DNA of 64,000 nt, taken from Podarcis erhardii (taxonomy: Eukaryota). Of the stretch, positions 46,184-59,291 are shown piece by piece. Location: NCBI GenBank assembly GCA_964252035.1, contig OZ176208.1, one strand, 5' to 3'. Position 1 is the first letter of the stretch. Each line of letters starts with the position of its first letter. The notes under the pieces are model-generated. The model worked only from the letters and a program-made list of their open reading frames with translations. It did not search any database and was not told the DNA's origin. The position numbers were made by a program, and so were the translations under genes.

Positions 46184-46388
46184 CATTGGCCATGGGGTTC
46201 TGTTTAATGTACTCTCGCCGTATACTTATATTTTTAAGTAAGCACTGTCTTGCATGCGCTCTCCTTTCTTTTACGGGGTCTTTGGCACACAATGCAAATA
46301 TTGCCATGTACTCCAATGGGAGCAGTAATTTTACCAGTGCTTTATGCAGCTTCTGAGCAAATATCTGCCTCACCTGGTAACATTCATC
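46184..46388 (-). CDS. PDS5A: PDS5A exon ~25 ([68 protein letters not shown])
   Basis: ttgcag|GAT ... CAATG|gttagt; 205 nt. Confidence 0.97.
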
Positions 46389-46817
46389 CTGCAAGAGAGG
46401 AAAAGAATAGGACAAGTGCAACTGAGCAACTAAGCAAACCATATGGGTGTCAACAGAAACAATTCTGTGAAACAGTAAAATATGCTTGCAGTATCTGCAA
46501 AGTTTAAGGCAGAGCTTTCCAAACTTTTCACGTTGGTGACACTTTTTAGACATGCCTCATTTCACAACACAGTAATTCAGTTTTACTTGAAACTGGAGGT
46601 TAAACTAACCCCTTTCCAGTCCCGGGAGAAGTGCAGGGAGTGTTCACATGACACACTGCAGCCGACACACTAATGTGTCATGACACACATTTTGGAAAGC
46701 TCTGGTTTAAGGAAAGAAAGACAGGTAATCTTAGACTAAACAGTAGCTTTATGATAGGGGATGTGCCCTACCTTAATTAATTGTTCCTCTCACAGCTCTT
46801 CAAAGACAATTACTTAC

Positions 46818-46941
46818 GTTAATGACCAATGCACAGAGTTGGAATTGCTCTGGGGTAATAATTTCGTGATAACAGGGCTCCTGTGCAAGCTTCATTATGG
46901 CACTGCCAGCAGCCAGACGTAGACGGGACATATCAGATTTG
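46818..46941 (-). CDS. PDS5A: PDS5A exon ~24 ([41 protein letters not shown])
   Basis: atgcag|CAAA ... TTAAC|gtaagt; 124 nt. Confidence 0.97.
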
Positions 46942-47697
46942 CTGCATACAAGAGAAGACAATCATCCCTGTCTCTCAGAAGACAACCTTGTGTCTAAAGA
47001 TGCATAAGCAGTATGAAACTTCTAGAATTTCATGGAAATGTCATAACTTCTAGCTGAGTAACTAACTTCCTGGTCACCATGCTGTAAACATTACCAAGTA
47101 AATTTTACACACACTGCAACATAGATGAGAAAACTCATCCCAAAACACACTGTGAGCTGTAGCTGCCCACAAAAATAAATAAGTATATAAATAAAGGACC
47201 TACCCATGTGATGCTGACACAAAACCCCTGCACAAACACTATGCAATAGAACCAAAGATCATTACCCCCCAGCTCTCTCTCTTCCCCCAACTGCACAATG
47301 CATAGGACAAGTGACTCATCCAGAATGTAAACGAAATGTGAAAAAATACTCCATGAATTTAAAATGGAAACACTATATGTATGTTTATTTGTATGTCTGG
47401 AACACTAGAAAATGTTAGAAACAAACAAACAAAATAAACGTTTTGTGTCCTCTCTTTCAGATCTAATAAGGGAAAGAACAATTGGTCTTAACTGAAGAGT
47501 AGATTTATAAGGTGGACGATGAAGACACTGCAACCCTCCCTGCTGTGGTCTGCAGTTGTGCTAATTTCAGGCTGCTGCCAAGGCTTTATTTAAGGGTTCC
47601 CTTTGTTCTTCTGTTTAAAGAGTTACATTATTTATTTTGGGGGCATGTCATCAGCCAGGGGGAGGTAGGCAGGTATGTTCAGATTTCTTTTCTAGGT

Positions 47698-47765
47698 TGT
47701 TGTTGTTTAGTCGTTTAGTCGTGTCCGACTCTTTGTGACCCCATGGACCAGAGCACGCCAGGCAC
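47698..47765 (-). mobile_element. Very short (68 bp) Bov-B 3' end insertion
   Basis: Near-identical to the tail of 20691-21145; 12-bp TSD TCTTTTCTAGGT (47686-47697, 47766-47777). Confidence 0.9.
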
Positions 47766-47995
47766 TCTTTTCTAGGTATGTACATTGATTATTGCTGCTT
47801 GGCGAGTCTGAAAAACTAATTTAAGCCTGCCTACCACAATTCTGTGCTCCTGCCTCCATCACGTGATGAGGGAATTACCCAATCCAGGGGCTTCATCATC
47901 CACCGCAATAAATTCTATATACACAGCTCTTGCTTCTATGCAACTTGATGGATCGGGACATAAATATGAACTGTGAAAATTTGGGGAAGTCTTAC

Positions 47996-48132
47996 CTAAT
48001 TCTCTTCTGTTCTGTCAAGTCTCCTTCACTGACCAACATAGCTGATAGTAACCGGAGTGTTGAATTTGCAGATTTTGACTGGTTATTCTTCATACCCAAA
48101 AGCCAACGTACTAGAAGTTTAATTGCTTGAAC
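47996..48132 (-). CDS. PDS5A: PDS5A exon ~23 ([46 protein letters not shown])
   Basis: taatag|GTT ... ATTAG|gtaag; 137 nt. Confidence 0.97.
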
Positions 48133-49627
48133 CTATTAGCAGATAAAATCAAGTCATTGATACTTCTAACAGCATTACTAAGTATATTTTAGTTCACTGC
48201 CTACGATTTGAAAGCCTCCTCTATTGAAATATAATGACTGAAAATTGTATTAACATTCAATTTCAGAATAGAAAAAAACCTGTGTGAATTTCATGTTAAA
48301 CAACGGTCACCAACCTTTCTGGACCAGTGGGTCCATTTCTAATTTTGAGAAAATACTCTGGGTGCCAGTGACAAAATGGCTGCCGTAAGTCAAAACAACA
48401 CGACTGCTACGGCATAAAACAAAATTAGAGAGAGTATGGTCACTGCTCCTTCCCTCATCCCACTTGAACAAGCTCATGCTTGCTGTGGGATGTCAGCTAT
48501 GTCTTCCTGGTTCTGACTCTGGAGGTGACACAATATTTTCCATACACATAGATAATGATCCTGTTGCTGACTAGTAACAGAAGGGAGCCTGAGTATCGGG
48601 GGGAAAACACAAGGTGGCTACACCACTCATTTATTCTTTCAAACTCAGCATACACACCTACAGACCACAGGAACACATGCATCTCTCCCTCTCTTCAATG
48701 CGCATCTTCCTCTCTCTTTCTCAGACCACAACATACAAACAAACCACACATGCATATATCCCTCTCACACATACACACTACAAATATCTTAGGCTACACA
48801 TAAACCCATCCCTTCTCTCCCTCCCACATTCCCCCCCCCCAAGCCAAGTGCATCTCTCTCAATCACACATGCACAGCATACTTGAGCACCCACACATTCA
48901 GAAATGCCCCACCAAGGGTGAAGGAAGCGCTTGCAATTTTAAAAAATCCCTGCCAACCCCATACACAAGGGTCACTAACTTGGTGCCCAATGGCACTGGG
49001 TTGGTGATTTCTGTGCCAAGACATAACACAAAAATCGGACTGGAAAAAAGGAAGGTTAATACTTTTGCAACACGCTTCTCACATTTTCTTTCAATTTGCT
49101 TTATTATATATTTGAATGTATGTATTCATGTACTGTAGAAACAACTGAAAAAATGTGAACTTGTTACTTAAGACAGGTAATTCCATTTTGAAGACCGTAA
49201 AGCCTTCTAACTTTAGTTTTAGGAGATGGTTGTCTAGATTCTAAGCATTTATTCATTTATTTACCTCGTTCCATTTTCATTTACATAACATAAAAGTAAC
49301 AATAAGAAGCTATTTCATTATAAGGCAAGAAGCAAATATCATATCATTTCATGTGTATTAGCTGAACAGAGATTAGGTAGGCATTTGTAACAAATTAATT
49401 CCACACCAACTTCGAAGAGCATTTAATGAAACAACCATTTATCAGCAAATACAGAGCAAAGTACTTGTACGACCAGACATATTCAAACTGAATTTCTTTG
49501 AAGGCCGATACGTTACAAAGGCCAAGCTATACTGTTGATGTTTATATTGACAAATAGATTTAATACTGTTGTACATTTTTGTGGGAAATTGCTATGCCTT
49601 ACAGTTAAAGGTAAGAAACTAATGTAC

Positions 49628-49696
49628 CTTTGCTAGAACTTCTGGAGAAACCTCTTCATCGGGGGACCACAATTTCCCATTTTTCTCACCTGTAGA
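49628..49696 (-). CDS. PDS5A: PDS5A exon ~22 ([23 protein letters not shown])
   Basis: ttgcag|TCT ... CAAAG|gtacat; 69 nt. Confidence 0.97.
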
Positions 49697-49864
49697 CTGC
49701 AAAGATTTATGCATGATTGATAGCAATTTTTAAAAATGGACAAAAGAAATTTAAAAAGAATTTTAATATATTTTGCCTTCATCTTGCAAGCTCATACAGC
49801 ATCAGATATTTACATAACATTCTTCATTCTCACCATAAAGTCATTATATCGCTCTGAGCCTTAC

Positions 49865-50023
49865 CCTGTCATTCATCAGGAGATCTTTTACAATGAAATT
49901 TGCAACTACGGATTTCATTGGTGATGCAAACTGGTCTGGTGCCAACATGGAAATGTGACCCAAAGAAACTAATGGTGTTATAAGTTGCTCTGGAACATCA
50001 GCATTCAAACTTCTACTTAGAGG
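49865..50023 (-). CDS. PDS5A: PDS5A exon ~21 ([53 protein letters not shown])
   Basis: ctccag|CCT ... ACAGG|gtaagg; 159 nt. Confidence 0.97.
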
Positions 50024-51900
50024 CTGGAGGAGGAGAGAGAAGAATTATTGCACATTAACGCACTTCCAAAAAAAAAATACTAACCTGAATAGTTCTGTTA
50101 CAAATATATATCTCAAGAAGACCCAATATGCAGTACAAGCTCAGTTTCTTACTCAATTTAATATACTGGTATGAACCAATATATTAAAAATCAAATACCT
50201 TAAGCACTCTACACCAAGAGAGCAACTTGTTCCCTATATCCATCTTATTTTCAGAAGCGCTTTATGCTACACCATCTACAATTGGGTAGAAGAGTTCATA
50301 TCCAATGAGCTCCTTGGAGGAAGGGTATGATAAAGACATGGGATATGGTCCAATGTAATAGAAGTGGGCATTTGCTCATACCGTGGGGCTTCTCCTTCGT
50401 CTGTCCCCCCCACCTGGAACAGATTGGAGGGTGCAAGGGGCTTCAGGGGGAGATTAAAGAAACTGGAAGTACAGTTGCACAAGCAGGCACACATCACTCG
50501 AGGTAAGCGAACAGTTTGGGAAGGCTCAATTCACATTCCATTTTGCATCTTACTTTTGCCCCTTGGGCATGAGTGTGGAGTTGGAGGTTAATCAGAGCAG
50601 TGTGTCATAAATATATATGCCGAGTTTCACTGTGACATTGTATTACAGTGAATTGCAGCTTTTCTTGCCCCTTTAAAATGGGTGCAGGGGTCAAGCTGGG
50701 AGTCATGTTGCAAATGGAGAATTATATGTTAACATACATACTAAGTTGTGTTGTGGTTCCTCAGTGCCCAGTATCAAATTATTGGGCTTGATCATCTTTC
50801 CTGCATCCTTTGGGAACGGTTATAGGGGCAACATTGCATTATAACAACTAGAGCGGTGTCCAGAACATGCACATTAAACTTCATTAAACCAAAGGCTTTG
50901 CTTGCTTGGCAAGCAGCTAAGTACACAATTTGTATACTTCCTGTTAAAACCCTAAAACTAAACAAAGCACAGTACTGAAACTGAGGAATGGGTTTGGCAT
51001 GGTCTTTTCCCTGCTTTGTCTTCAATAGTCAAATTCATGAGTAAAGGTGTAAGTAGATAAACCGAACTTTCTAGAATTCATAATGTCAGAATGGTTTGAT
51101 ATTCAAACAGGAAAACACATTTGAACCAGTTCTAAGTGAGTAGAAAGTCTTGCAGGATATGACAAATTCGGGGAGGATACGGCTATTGATGGCTACTAGT
51201 CATGAAGGCTATGTTCTGCTTTTGCTGTTGGAGGCAGTATGGTAATATCTATCTATCATCTATCTATCTATCTGGCTAGAAATTGCAAGTGAGGAGATCA
51301 CTGGTGCACTCAGATCAATTAAATCCCTGTGACAACAGAGTGATGGACTATATGAGCCTTGGACTGATCCAGCAGGGCTCTTCTTATGTTGTAAAGTTCT
51401 TTCTATCACCAGGTGTCAAAAGGGCATGCTGGTATGAAGAACTCTTCCATTCCATCAAGACACTATAGAGGTGAGGAATAATGGCAGGCTTGAAGTGTTG
51501 CAACTTGAACTTACCAAGTGAAACCACCACTTGTCAAGCGACGCTATCAATTACGTGCCTTTAACTGAATGTATTATATACAAGTTTATTTAAATAGAAA
51601 CAAAGTTAAATACTGGTGCGATCAACATTCCTGATACAGTAACACACCAAAACAAAAATAGTTTCAATACATTGACAAATGGGCCCTTAACTTTCAGTCC
51701 TTCAGCCAATCAAATAAAGCATTAGTTAATTTTCTAATACTTCTAATGGAAGTAAAATATTGCTAACTGCTAGTGGACCCTGACCACTTATTGAAGTGTT
51801 ATATATTCCTTGAAAAGCCTGGGTTGTTAGAATAATTTCAAAAGGTCTGATAATTGTGATTCCATCCTTTCATGGCTTTTAACAAGTCAGACAAACCTAC

Positions 51901-52024
51901 CTCAAAAATCTGTGCAAGCTGAACTTCTTTATTTGAAAATATGGCATGTATACAGTGGACAGCTTGTTTTGCTTGGTGAGGTGTTCCTCTCTTTGCTTTC
52001 TGATGCAAAATAGGAATAAGGGTT
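51901..52024 (-). CDS. PDS5A: PDS5A exon ~20 ([41 protein letters not shown])
   Basis: atacag|AACC ... TTGAG|gtaggt; 124 nt. Confidence 0.97.
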
Positions 52025-52231
52025 CTGTATAGAGTTAGCACAAAAAAAATTATACCAAAAATAAATTCCTGTAATGTTTGCAGGAAGGCAATGCAAGATT
52101 TTTTTGAAACATAGAGAACCACCATATAAAACTAAATTAAGAGCACACGTTCTTAGGTGGAAAGGTAGTTCAAATACCACAAGGTTCACTGCTCTTCCCA
52201 ACCCGGCAAAAAATCTAACTACAAATCAAGG

Positions 52232-52663
52232 CAGTGGTTTTCAACCAGTGTGCCGTGACACCCTGGGGTGCCTTGAATGATGGTCAGGGGTGCCATGGGC
52301 AACACTGGCCTCTGCCCCTTTTTCTTTCCCTCCCTCCCTCCTCTGATGCCCTCTCGGTTTGCATAAAGCCAAAGCCCTGACTATAAGCTCTGCAGGTAAA
52401 TGGTACCTCTGGAAGACATCTCTTTTGGGGCAGGATGGGCAGCTCAGAGACCAGGGGTGGCAGCAGTGGCTGCCCAGAAGACTCCCAAGGAGAGAGGAGG
52501 CTGAGGGAACACTCCACAAGGAGGATGTTCAAAACCGGGTGAGAGGCTGCCATTTCTGCAGGCAAGGGGTGACATAACTGGGCTCCTGAGCCCCAGATGG
52601 GTGCCGCAGAAAGAATGCAGTTGGTCAAGGGAGCCGTGGACTCAAAAAGGTTGAAAACCTCTG
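52232..52663. mobile_element. hAT-type MITE, same family as 2121-2624
   Basis: TIRs CAGTGGTTTTCAACC / GGTTGAAAACCTCTG; flanks AATCAAGG / AATTAAGG (7/8). Confidence 0.9.
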
Positions 52664-52799
52664 AATTAAGGGATGCAATAGTAATGGGCAATGAGGTTAT
52701 ACGTATTTGCACCAGCAAGAAAAAGATTGTCTAATATCAAAAAGCTGAAAGATAAGACAGTACCAAATGCATTTATGGTATTTGAAGAAATGCACTCAC

Positions 52800-52960
52800 G
52801 ATCGTATCTGGGGCAGATCAGTTTCTATTTTGTGCCCAGTGTTTCTGAATATCTGAATGGCTGCCTCTGCTACTTTATCATCTTCCATCCTGAGGCACTG
52901 CAGGAGAGATTCATACGTCTCTGCAGAGTGGAACGAGGTAGGATGCGTGAAAGACAGAAC
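52800..52960 (-). CDS. PDS5A: PDS5A exon ~19 ([54 protein letters not shown])
   Basis: ccatag|GTT ... CGATC|gtgagt; 161 nt. Confidence 0.97.
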
Positions 52961-53743
52961 CTATGGACACACATCAAAACAAATTAGAAAGACATACTCA
53001 TGAATGAATCCTGAATATCTGGGAGTAGGGCAGGGTATAATTCTAAATATAGATTCTTTCCCTTTGTGCTTGCCTCAAAGGAAGGGGTGGGAAACACTAA
53101 GATTGTCTAGTGGAAGTCCCAAGTCTTGACTTTCAGAGTTTATTATTTTTAATAACTTTTTTGTATTAGCTTTTCAAATTTTTTTGTATTAGCTTTTCAA
53201 ATTTTACAAATTCTTTTAAACAACCATCAGAATAAATGTCTCATATCGATTGACTTCCCATCCACACTTCCATGGTGTTCTTTTCTTACCTTATAAAGCT
53301 GCTATACTGCTTATATTTTACTCATTATATTTTGTCTAATTTTGTGTTGTGCCACAGCCACCTTGACATCCATGAGAATTGTTCAGTGCCCCCAGGACAT
53401 TTTGTCCCTCAAGCCCACAGCACTTTCTCAAAATTTGAACTGTGACCACTCATCCAAAAAAAGGCTGGCAACCCCGATCTAATCCTTCTACACACAATGC
53501 AATTTATTGTGCTAATACCTAGGACAACATACATCTAAAATTCACTGCATTATTGCAATGTACAAAGAGATTAAAAGGGATTGTAGCTGGCCCATTCCAT
53601 AGGTTTCTTCAAGTGAATGTCAGCATTTGAAGAAAGGTTTTAAATGTCAAGAAGTAGCACCGACTCTTCCAAAGAATACTGAAATGGACTGCAGTGTAGT
53701 GAATTTAGAAGTATTACTAAACAAGTAATTTTACAGACAGTAC

Positions 53744-53849
53744 CTTGAGAAGTTCAAGCCCTGAACGAATAGCTGTATCGGGGCTTACACCCTCCTCTTC
53801 ATCATCAGCTGTCCCTTCTATTGATTTATTCATCAGCTTTACTAATGCA
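53744..53849 (-). CDS. PDS5A: PDS5A exon ~18 ([35 protein letters not shown])
   Basis: tcttag|TGCA ... TCAAG|gtactg; 106 nt. Confidence 0.97.
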
Positions 53850-54247
53850 CTAAGAAAAAAATGGGGGGAGGGAGCTTAAATATACACTTACAGCTTACAT
53901 ATTATACACACATTCAATCTACTATTTCTTTGTAAAAAAAAAAGACTTATCTACGTAACCAAGTCAGTCTAATATTCCAGTTTTCTTCTGAATATTGCTT
54001 ATTTTCACAATAATCTAGACTATTATTGATATATTCTTATTTCAATAAAATTTTCAACATACCTTCACCTTTGTTCAATATTCCATTTTATTTTTAAAAG
54101 CAAATCTTATTTTTTATTAATTCGTTTAAACTCATTCCTAACTACTTTTAAGTGTATAAATCAGATTTCAAAAGAAACTCATATTAGCAACAGTAAAGAG
54201 CTGCCTTGCAAAAACACTAAGATGGGACAGCTGTCAGTCAAGCTTAC

Positions 54248-54363
54248 CTGATGGCTTCTGAGTCAATGTGTACAGGGGCAATTCTTTCCAAAAGAAATTT
54301 TACCATCTCCAGGAAAGGATTGGTTGGCTGTTTAGGATTAGCAAGTTTCCGTGCAATCTCCCT
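54248..54363 (-). CDS. PDS5A: PDS5A exon ~17 ([39 protein letters not shown])
   Basis: attcag|AGG ... ATCAG|gtaagc; 116 nt. Confidence 0.97.
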
Positions 54364-55026
54364 CTGAATAAAATAAAAGGATTAAGTTATGACAAATCTG
54401 CAATAAATTTGTACAAGCAGTACTCCGAATGAGTCAAACAAACTAACAGAAACAAAAGCCACACAAGCTCCATAGCTCAAATACTGCTAAACAGAGCTAA
54501 ATTTCTTCTAGCCTTAATTAAATGTGTAAACTAGGTACAACCTTCAAGCATGAATTACTATTTTTTTTGTGGGGGTTTCCCACCCCCCACTAATGGCTGG
54601 AAGAAGGGGCAAAAGTTATATTAAAGTATCACCTTTTTGGACTATCTCTCAGCTTTCAGAACTTGGGAGAGAATGTCAGTGAATCCTCTGCTCCGGTGGT
54701 GTGGTGATCATTGACAGGTCATTGACAGGAAAAGCAAAGTGTGCACTTATTTAAACTATTGCTTATTTTAAACAACAGTTTAATATTTTGTGTGAACCAA
54801 GCGAGGAAAACTTGTGGGTAAACATTTAGGAGTACCCAGGCAGGTGTATATACACTTCCTAAGGATTTTCCATTATCAGGAGCATCCCTGACTTCTTGGC
54901 TCATCTTTCTGACCCTTCCTACCATGTCAAAGCCCCATATTTTTATTGTGGTATTCCTGTTCAGAAATGCATAAAAGAAACATAGCCTATCTATACTGGA
55001 AACAATAGTAAAAACCTGGTTCTTAC

Positions 55027-55166
55027 CACACAGACATCTGCTTGCTTACAGGAGCAGGTAGGACTGATTAATAGTTCAAGCTGAGAACGAAGCTTCTCAT
55101 CATCACCAAGAACCTGATTGAACTTTTTCACAAAGTCTTGTGCCTTCCCAGGATCAGGAAGATTTT
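55027..55166 (-). CDS. PDS5A: PDS5A exon ~16 ([46 protein letters not shown])
   Basis: ctatag|AAAAT ... GTGTG|gtaaga; 140 nt. Confidence 0.97.
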
Positions 55167-55263
55167 CTATAGAATTGAAATTCAAAAAGGTAGTTTATAG
55201 TAGCAGCTTTAGTTGTACTGAAAAAACAACAACAATGTAATCATACTCATCTACAGATCTTAC

Positions 55264-55312
55264 TTGCTATGGTCATCAGCTTTCCAAACATAGCAGCACT
55301 GTTTGCTTCTGA
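55264..55312 (-). CDS. PDS5A: PDS5A exon ~15 (SEANSAAMFGKLMTIA)
   Basis: tttcag|TCA ... AGCAA|gtaaga; 49 nt. Confidence 0.96.
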
Positions 55313-55426
55313 CTGAAAAGAGAAGTTCAGAATGAGCATTTATACAGAAAGTTTCGTATACCAGAGTGTCTTCTACTGTTGTAGAATCTCTCTTCTCTCC
55401 CCCTATCCCACTTTGGTAAATGGGTA

Positions 55427-55747
55427 AAGGTAAAGGGGGACCCCTGACCATTAGGTCCAGTTGTGATACTCTGGGGTTGCAGCGCTCATCTCGCTTCTGG
55501 GTCACGTGGCCAGCATGACTAAGCCACTTCTGGCAAACCAGAGCAACACATGGAAATGCAGTTTACCTTCCCGGCAGAGTGGTACCTATTTATCTACTTG
55601 CACTTTGATGTGCTTTCAAACTGCTAGGTTGGCAGGAGCAGGGATCGAGCAATGGGAGCTCACCCCGTTGCGGGGATTCGAACTGCCGACCTTCTGATCG
55701 GCAAGTCCTGGGCACTGTGGTTTAAGCCACAGCGCCACCCGCGTCCC
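55427..55747 (-). mobile_element. Sauria SINE with intact 5' end and an internal ~30-bp deletion
   Basis: Starts GGGACGCGGGTGGCGCTGTGG on the minus strand; 14-bp TSD TTGGTAAATGGGTA (55413-55426, 55748-55761). Confidence 0.93.
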
Positions 55748-56628
55748 TTGGTAAATGGGTACAAGATTACAAATACATGATCATCAAATAAAATAATAAA
55801 CAAATAAATATTTAGCATTTTGCTATCCCATAAAAGCCAATTTCCAACAACAAAGCAGTCCTAACCTAAAAGCAGGCAGCAGTAGAATTTGATGGAGCAG
55901 CATAGTCACCACCACATCCACAGCCCTACCAGTCACACTGGCCAGGGCTGGCATTCTGAGTGGGCACAAATTGGACTGAATGCTGTCAAGTGACTACAAT
56001 GAAACTGAATTGGGATCCAGTGAGTCCTAGGCCCGCTCAGCCACTCTCTCTCCCGTTTTGGGCTTTCTATGGACTATCATACATAGGAATCATGCCAATG
56101 ACAAGAATGGGAAGATCTACACCAGAGGAGTGGTACCAGCTTGGGCTGCGCAGAAGAACACATTTGCTCTATCCCACTGCCCCCAAGCCAGCAGATCAGG
56201 AGTTTGGATTGCAGTGTAAATTACCAAAAAGAGATACTTTTGTCTTTTCCTCAAAAAACCCAAAGGAAAATGCTAGATATTATTTAGTAATGTATTATTC
56301 TGATTTAGTCTATTAAATGTTGCTTCTAGTTTGTTCTTTCAGGAACATTAGAAAATTTTAATGCAAGAAGTCACTGATTATAAAGGATTGACAACAAATA
56401 TTTCTGAGCAAGAGTGGATCCCTTGCTTTAAAGTTCCATTAAGATACTGATTACTAAGTTCTGAACTAAGAAAAAGGCAGTATTAGAATTTGAAATTAAA
56501 AAGGGGGGGAAAGAATTTGAAATTAAGTTTAAAACCATCATTTAATATATTAATTCTAAAATATATGCAGATGTGTTACAAAGCATTAAATGTAAAACGA
56601 GGCAATTAAGTTATTGTGAAAACCGTAC

Positions 56629-56710
56629 AGTGGGTTGCTTGTGCAAATCTAGTAACTCCCGCACGTGACTCCTAAGCATGTTCTGGCATTTCCACATTTC
56701 ATTCAGTGCC
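56629..56710 (-). CDS. PDS5A: PDS5A exon ~14 ([27 protein letters not shown])
   Basis: cttag|GGCA ... CCACT|gtacgg; 82 nt. Confidence 0.96.
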
Positions 56711-57922
56711 CTAAGCATAAAAGAAATGACAAATATGTTAAAATCTGAAAAACCAGTGTGATTCTAAAAATACAACATTGAGTCCCAAGCTGACTGTTCT
56801 TCTATCACATTATCTCTTGTTGGCCCAATATCCTGCTCTCAATAACTTCTCCAGCAACAAGGCTGAACATATATTATGTGTATATGAAGATCTAGATGCC
56901 TTCCCACCTTTCAGTTGGTTTTTAATCAGTGTGTGCCTGCACATGCATGCACACAGGGACACACACACAAAATTCATTGAGCTCTTTATTCAACTAGTAA
57001 TTTCAAAATACCATGTCTTAAAATCCAAATAAAAAAGCTAACCTTGAATAAAATACAACTATTGACAAGATACTAGGAGTGAACATTGGCTCAGTGCATA
57101 CTATGAACTATGAGGAAAACTGAGGTGATTCAGGGAAGGTCCTCACGTTTCTGAGTCGGTTTATGCTGTTAAGAATATATCATGAGGTGGAACAGGAACT
57201 CCCTAAGCTTCTGTGGCCTTGACAGTCAAAAAATGTACAATCATGTATCCTTTCTTTCTTTCTGAGAAACAAACTCAAGCAGACTGGAGTACTGTCTAAG
57301 TAATAAGAGGAAGGGTGTGTGTGGAAAATGGGATGAATCTTCATTTTGCTGGCTAGGAGGACAACCCCCCCAATCTATTCTAGGGATTTATGCTATTTTT
57401 CTACTACCCTCTTCCCTATGATTTCCACTGTATCTACCCCATATCAGTGAAGTCTGCCCTTTTTCTTTGTTCTAAAAAAATAATAAACAGGCTACAGGAG
57501 CTTTCTGTCTATGATCAGGACAGGCTTAATCCACTCTGGAGGACCTGCTATGCTTGCAAATTTCATCCTCTTCTAAGAATAGAAAATCAAGTTAAAGTTG
57601 TGTTATGATCCCACATAATGGCGATTTAATTCTGTCCTGAATAATGAGTTCAATTGCAAAGACGCAGAGAGCACCTGAAACAGATAGGGCTGCTTCCCAA
57701 AGCAACAGATATTGCTGCAAATTGAATCTTCTGGCCAGTGTACACTCCTAGTAGACACCCAGTTCAGCAAATTGCTTAAACAAGTTTGTTCATCTTAACA
57801 GGTCAACTAATATGTAGTATTCTGAACAGTGAGGCATTTTGTTTTTGAATCTCCTACATATTGTGTGTTTAAAGCGACTACTAAAGCGCACTGAGAACTT
57901 CCCTGTGTAGAAGGATACTCAC

Positions 57923-58036
57923 TTAACAGCATTTGGGTCTAAGCTAGCATACAAATAATATAAGCACTTCATCCGCTCTTCTGTTTCCAAGTTATGTGGA
58001 ACAAGATACTGAGCAAAGATTTTCTCCACCAATAAT
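57923..58036 (-). CDS. PDS5A: PDS5A exon ~13 ([38 protein letters not shown])
   Basis: ttgcag|ATTA ... GTTAA|gtgagt; 114 nt. Confidence 0.97.
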
Positions 58037-58914
58037 CTGCAAAGGAAAATAAGTTGACAGATTTTGTATTTTCCAAAATACTCATACTTTCGAATTATGA
58101 GCATAAGCCTATGTATACATCATCATGGAAAACATCATCCTCTCATTTCCACATTATCTGCTATCTCAAAACAAGCAGGTTTGGGTTGATCTCCCTTGGC
58201 AGTTCCTCCAAAAACCTCTGTCAAGAGTTGGGGGAGCCTGCTGAATGGGGAGGGTCTGAGGAGGGTGGAGTCACTTTCCGCAAGTATGAGCTCATGGAAG
58301 GAGCCTCTCCCAGTTTTCAGCAGCCCCTCTCCCCCACCATGATACAGCTCACTCTTTGATAAGAGTGAGGCCCTTGCAACCCTCAAGCAAGGATTTTCAG
58401 CAAACTGACTGGTGGGGGAGGGGGAAAGATAAATCACCTTCTGGCAACCCCCTTCTACCAACACTTCTCAGGATCTAAACCAAAGAAAATATTGCATCTG
58501 CTTGAAAGACTGTAGAATACCCCTTACTATTATTAATTATAAAATTAATATTAGTAATGGGAATGCTCATTATTAAGGTAAAGGAATTAACTAGCCCCTA
58601 TAGTTCATCTGGAGAAAACAAATACACTTCTCTCATCTAATAGCAAATTCAACAGTGAGATGCCCTGAAAACATCTTAAAAAAGGACAAAGTAAAGAAGG
58701 CACACACTTTTCCTTTATGAAAATACAGAATCAACAGAAATTACCAAGAGACTAAAATTCCATTTTTAAAAAGGAATCTTACGACAATGTATCACAAACA
58801 TGCATTAGGGAAGAATGCTACTGTATCTATCCTTCGTTACATATCTTTAAGCACCAGGCAAAAACATTTTTCTTCTCCCAGGCCTTTGGCTATTTAAAAA
58901 TCTTATGGCCTTTT

Positions 58915-59291
58915 GCTTGTTTGGAGGTTCTAGCAGGGGAGCGCAGCTATCGTATACCCTTGACCGAAGAACGGTACACTCCTTCTATCTGGGATNNNNN
59001 NNNNNNNNNNNNNNNNNNNNNNNNNNNNNNNNNNNNNNNNNNNNNNNNNNNNNNNNNNNNNNNNNNNNNNNNNNNNNNNNNNNNNNNNNNNNNNNNNNNN
59101 NNNNNNNNNNNNNNNNNNNNNNNNNNNNNNNNNNNNNNNNNNNNNNNNNNNNNNNNNNNNNATTGCTAAAAAATTTGAAACAAGGGTGCAGTGAAGGGGA
59201 GGCATGGGGAAGTCATGTGTTGTTTAAGAATGTTTTTATTTGTGTGTTTTTTGTTTATGAAAATTAATAAAAATTATTTAAAAAAATAAAA
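58915..59291 (+). mobile_element. L1-type insertion containing the assembly gap, nested in an L2-type tail
   Basis: 3' end homologous to 18490-18610; 20-bp TSD TAAAAATCTTATGGCCTTTT (58895-58914, 59292-59311). Confidence 0.85.
58996..59161. other. Assembly gap (166 N)
   Basis: Run of N. Confidence 1.

Noticed and set aside
48614-49138. 174-aa His/Thr/Ser-rich ORF
   Set aside because: Arises from CA/CT low-complexity intronic sequence, antisense to PDS5A; not protein-like.
58905-59267. ORFs spanning the N run
   Set aside because: Artefacts of translating the assembly gap.
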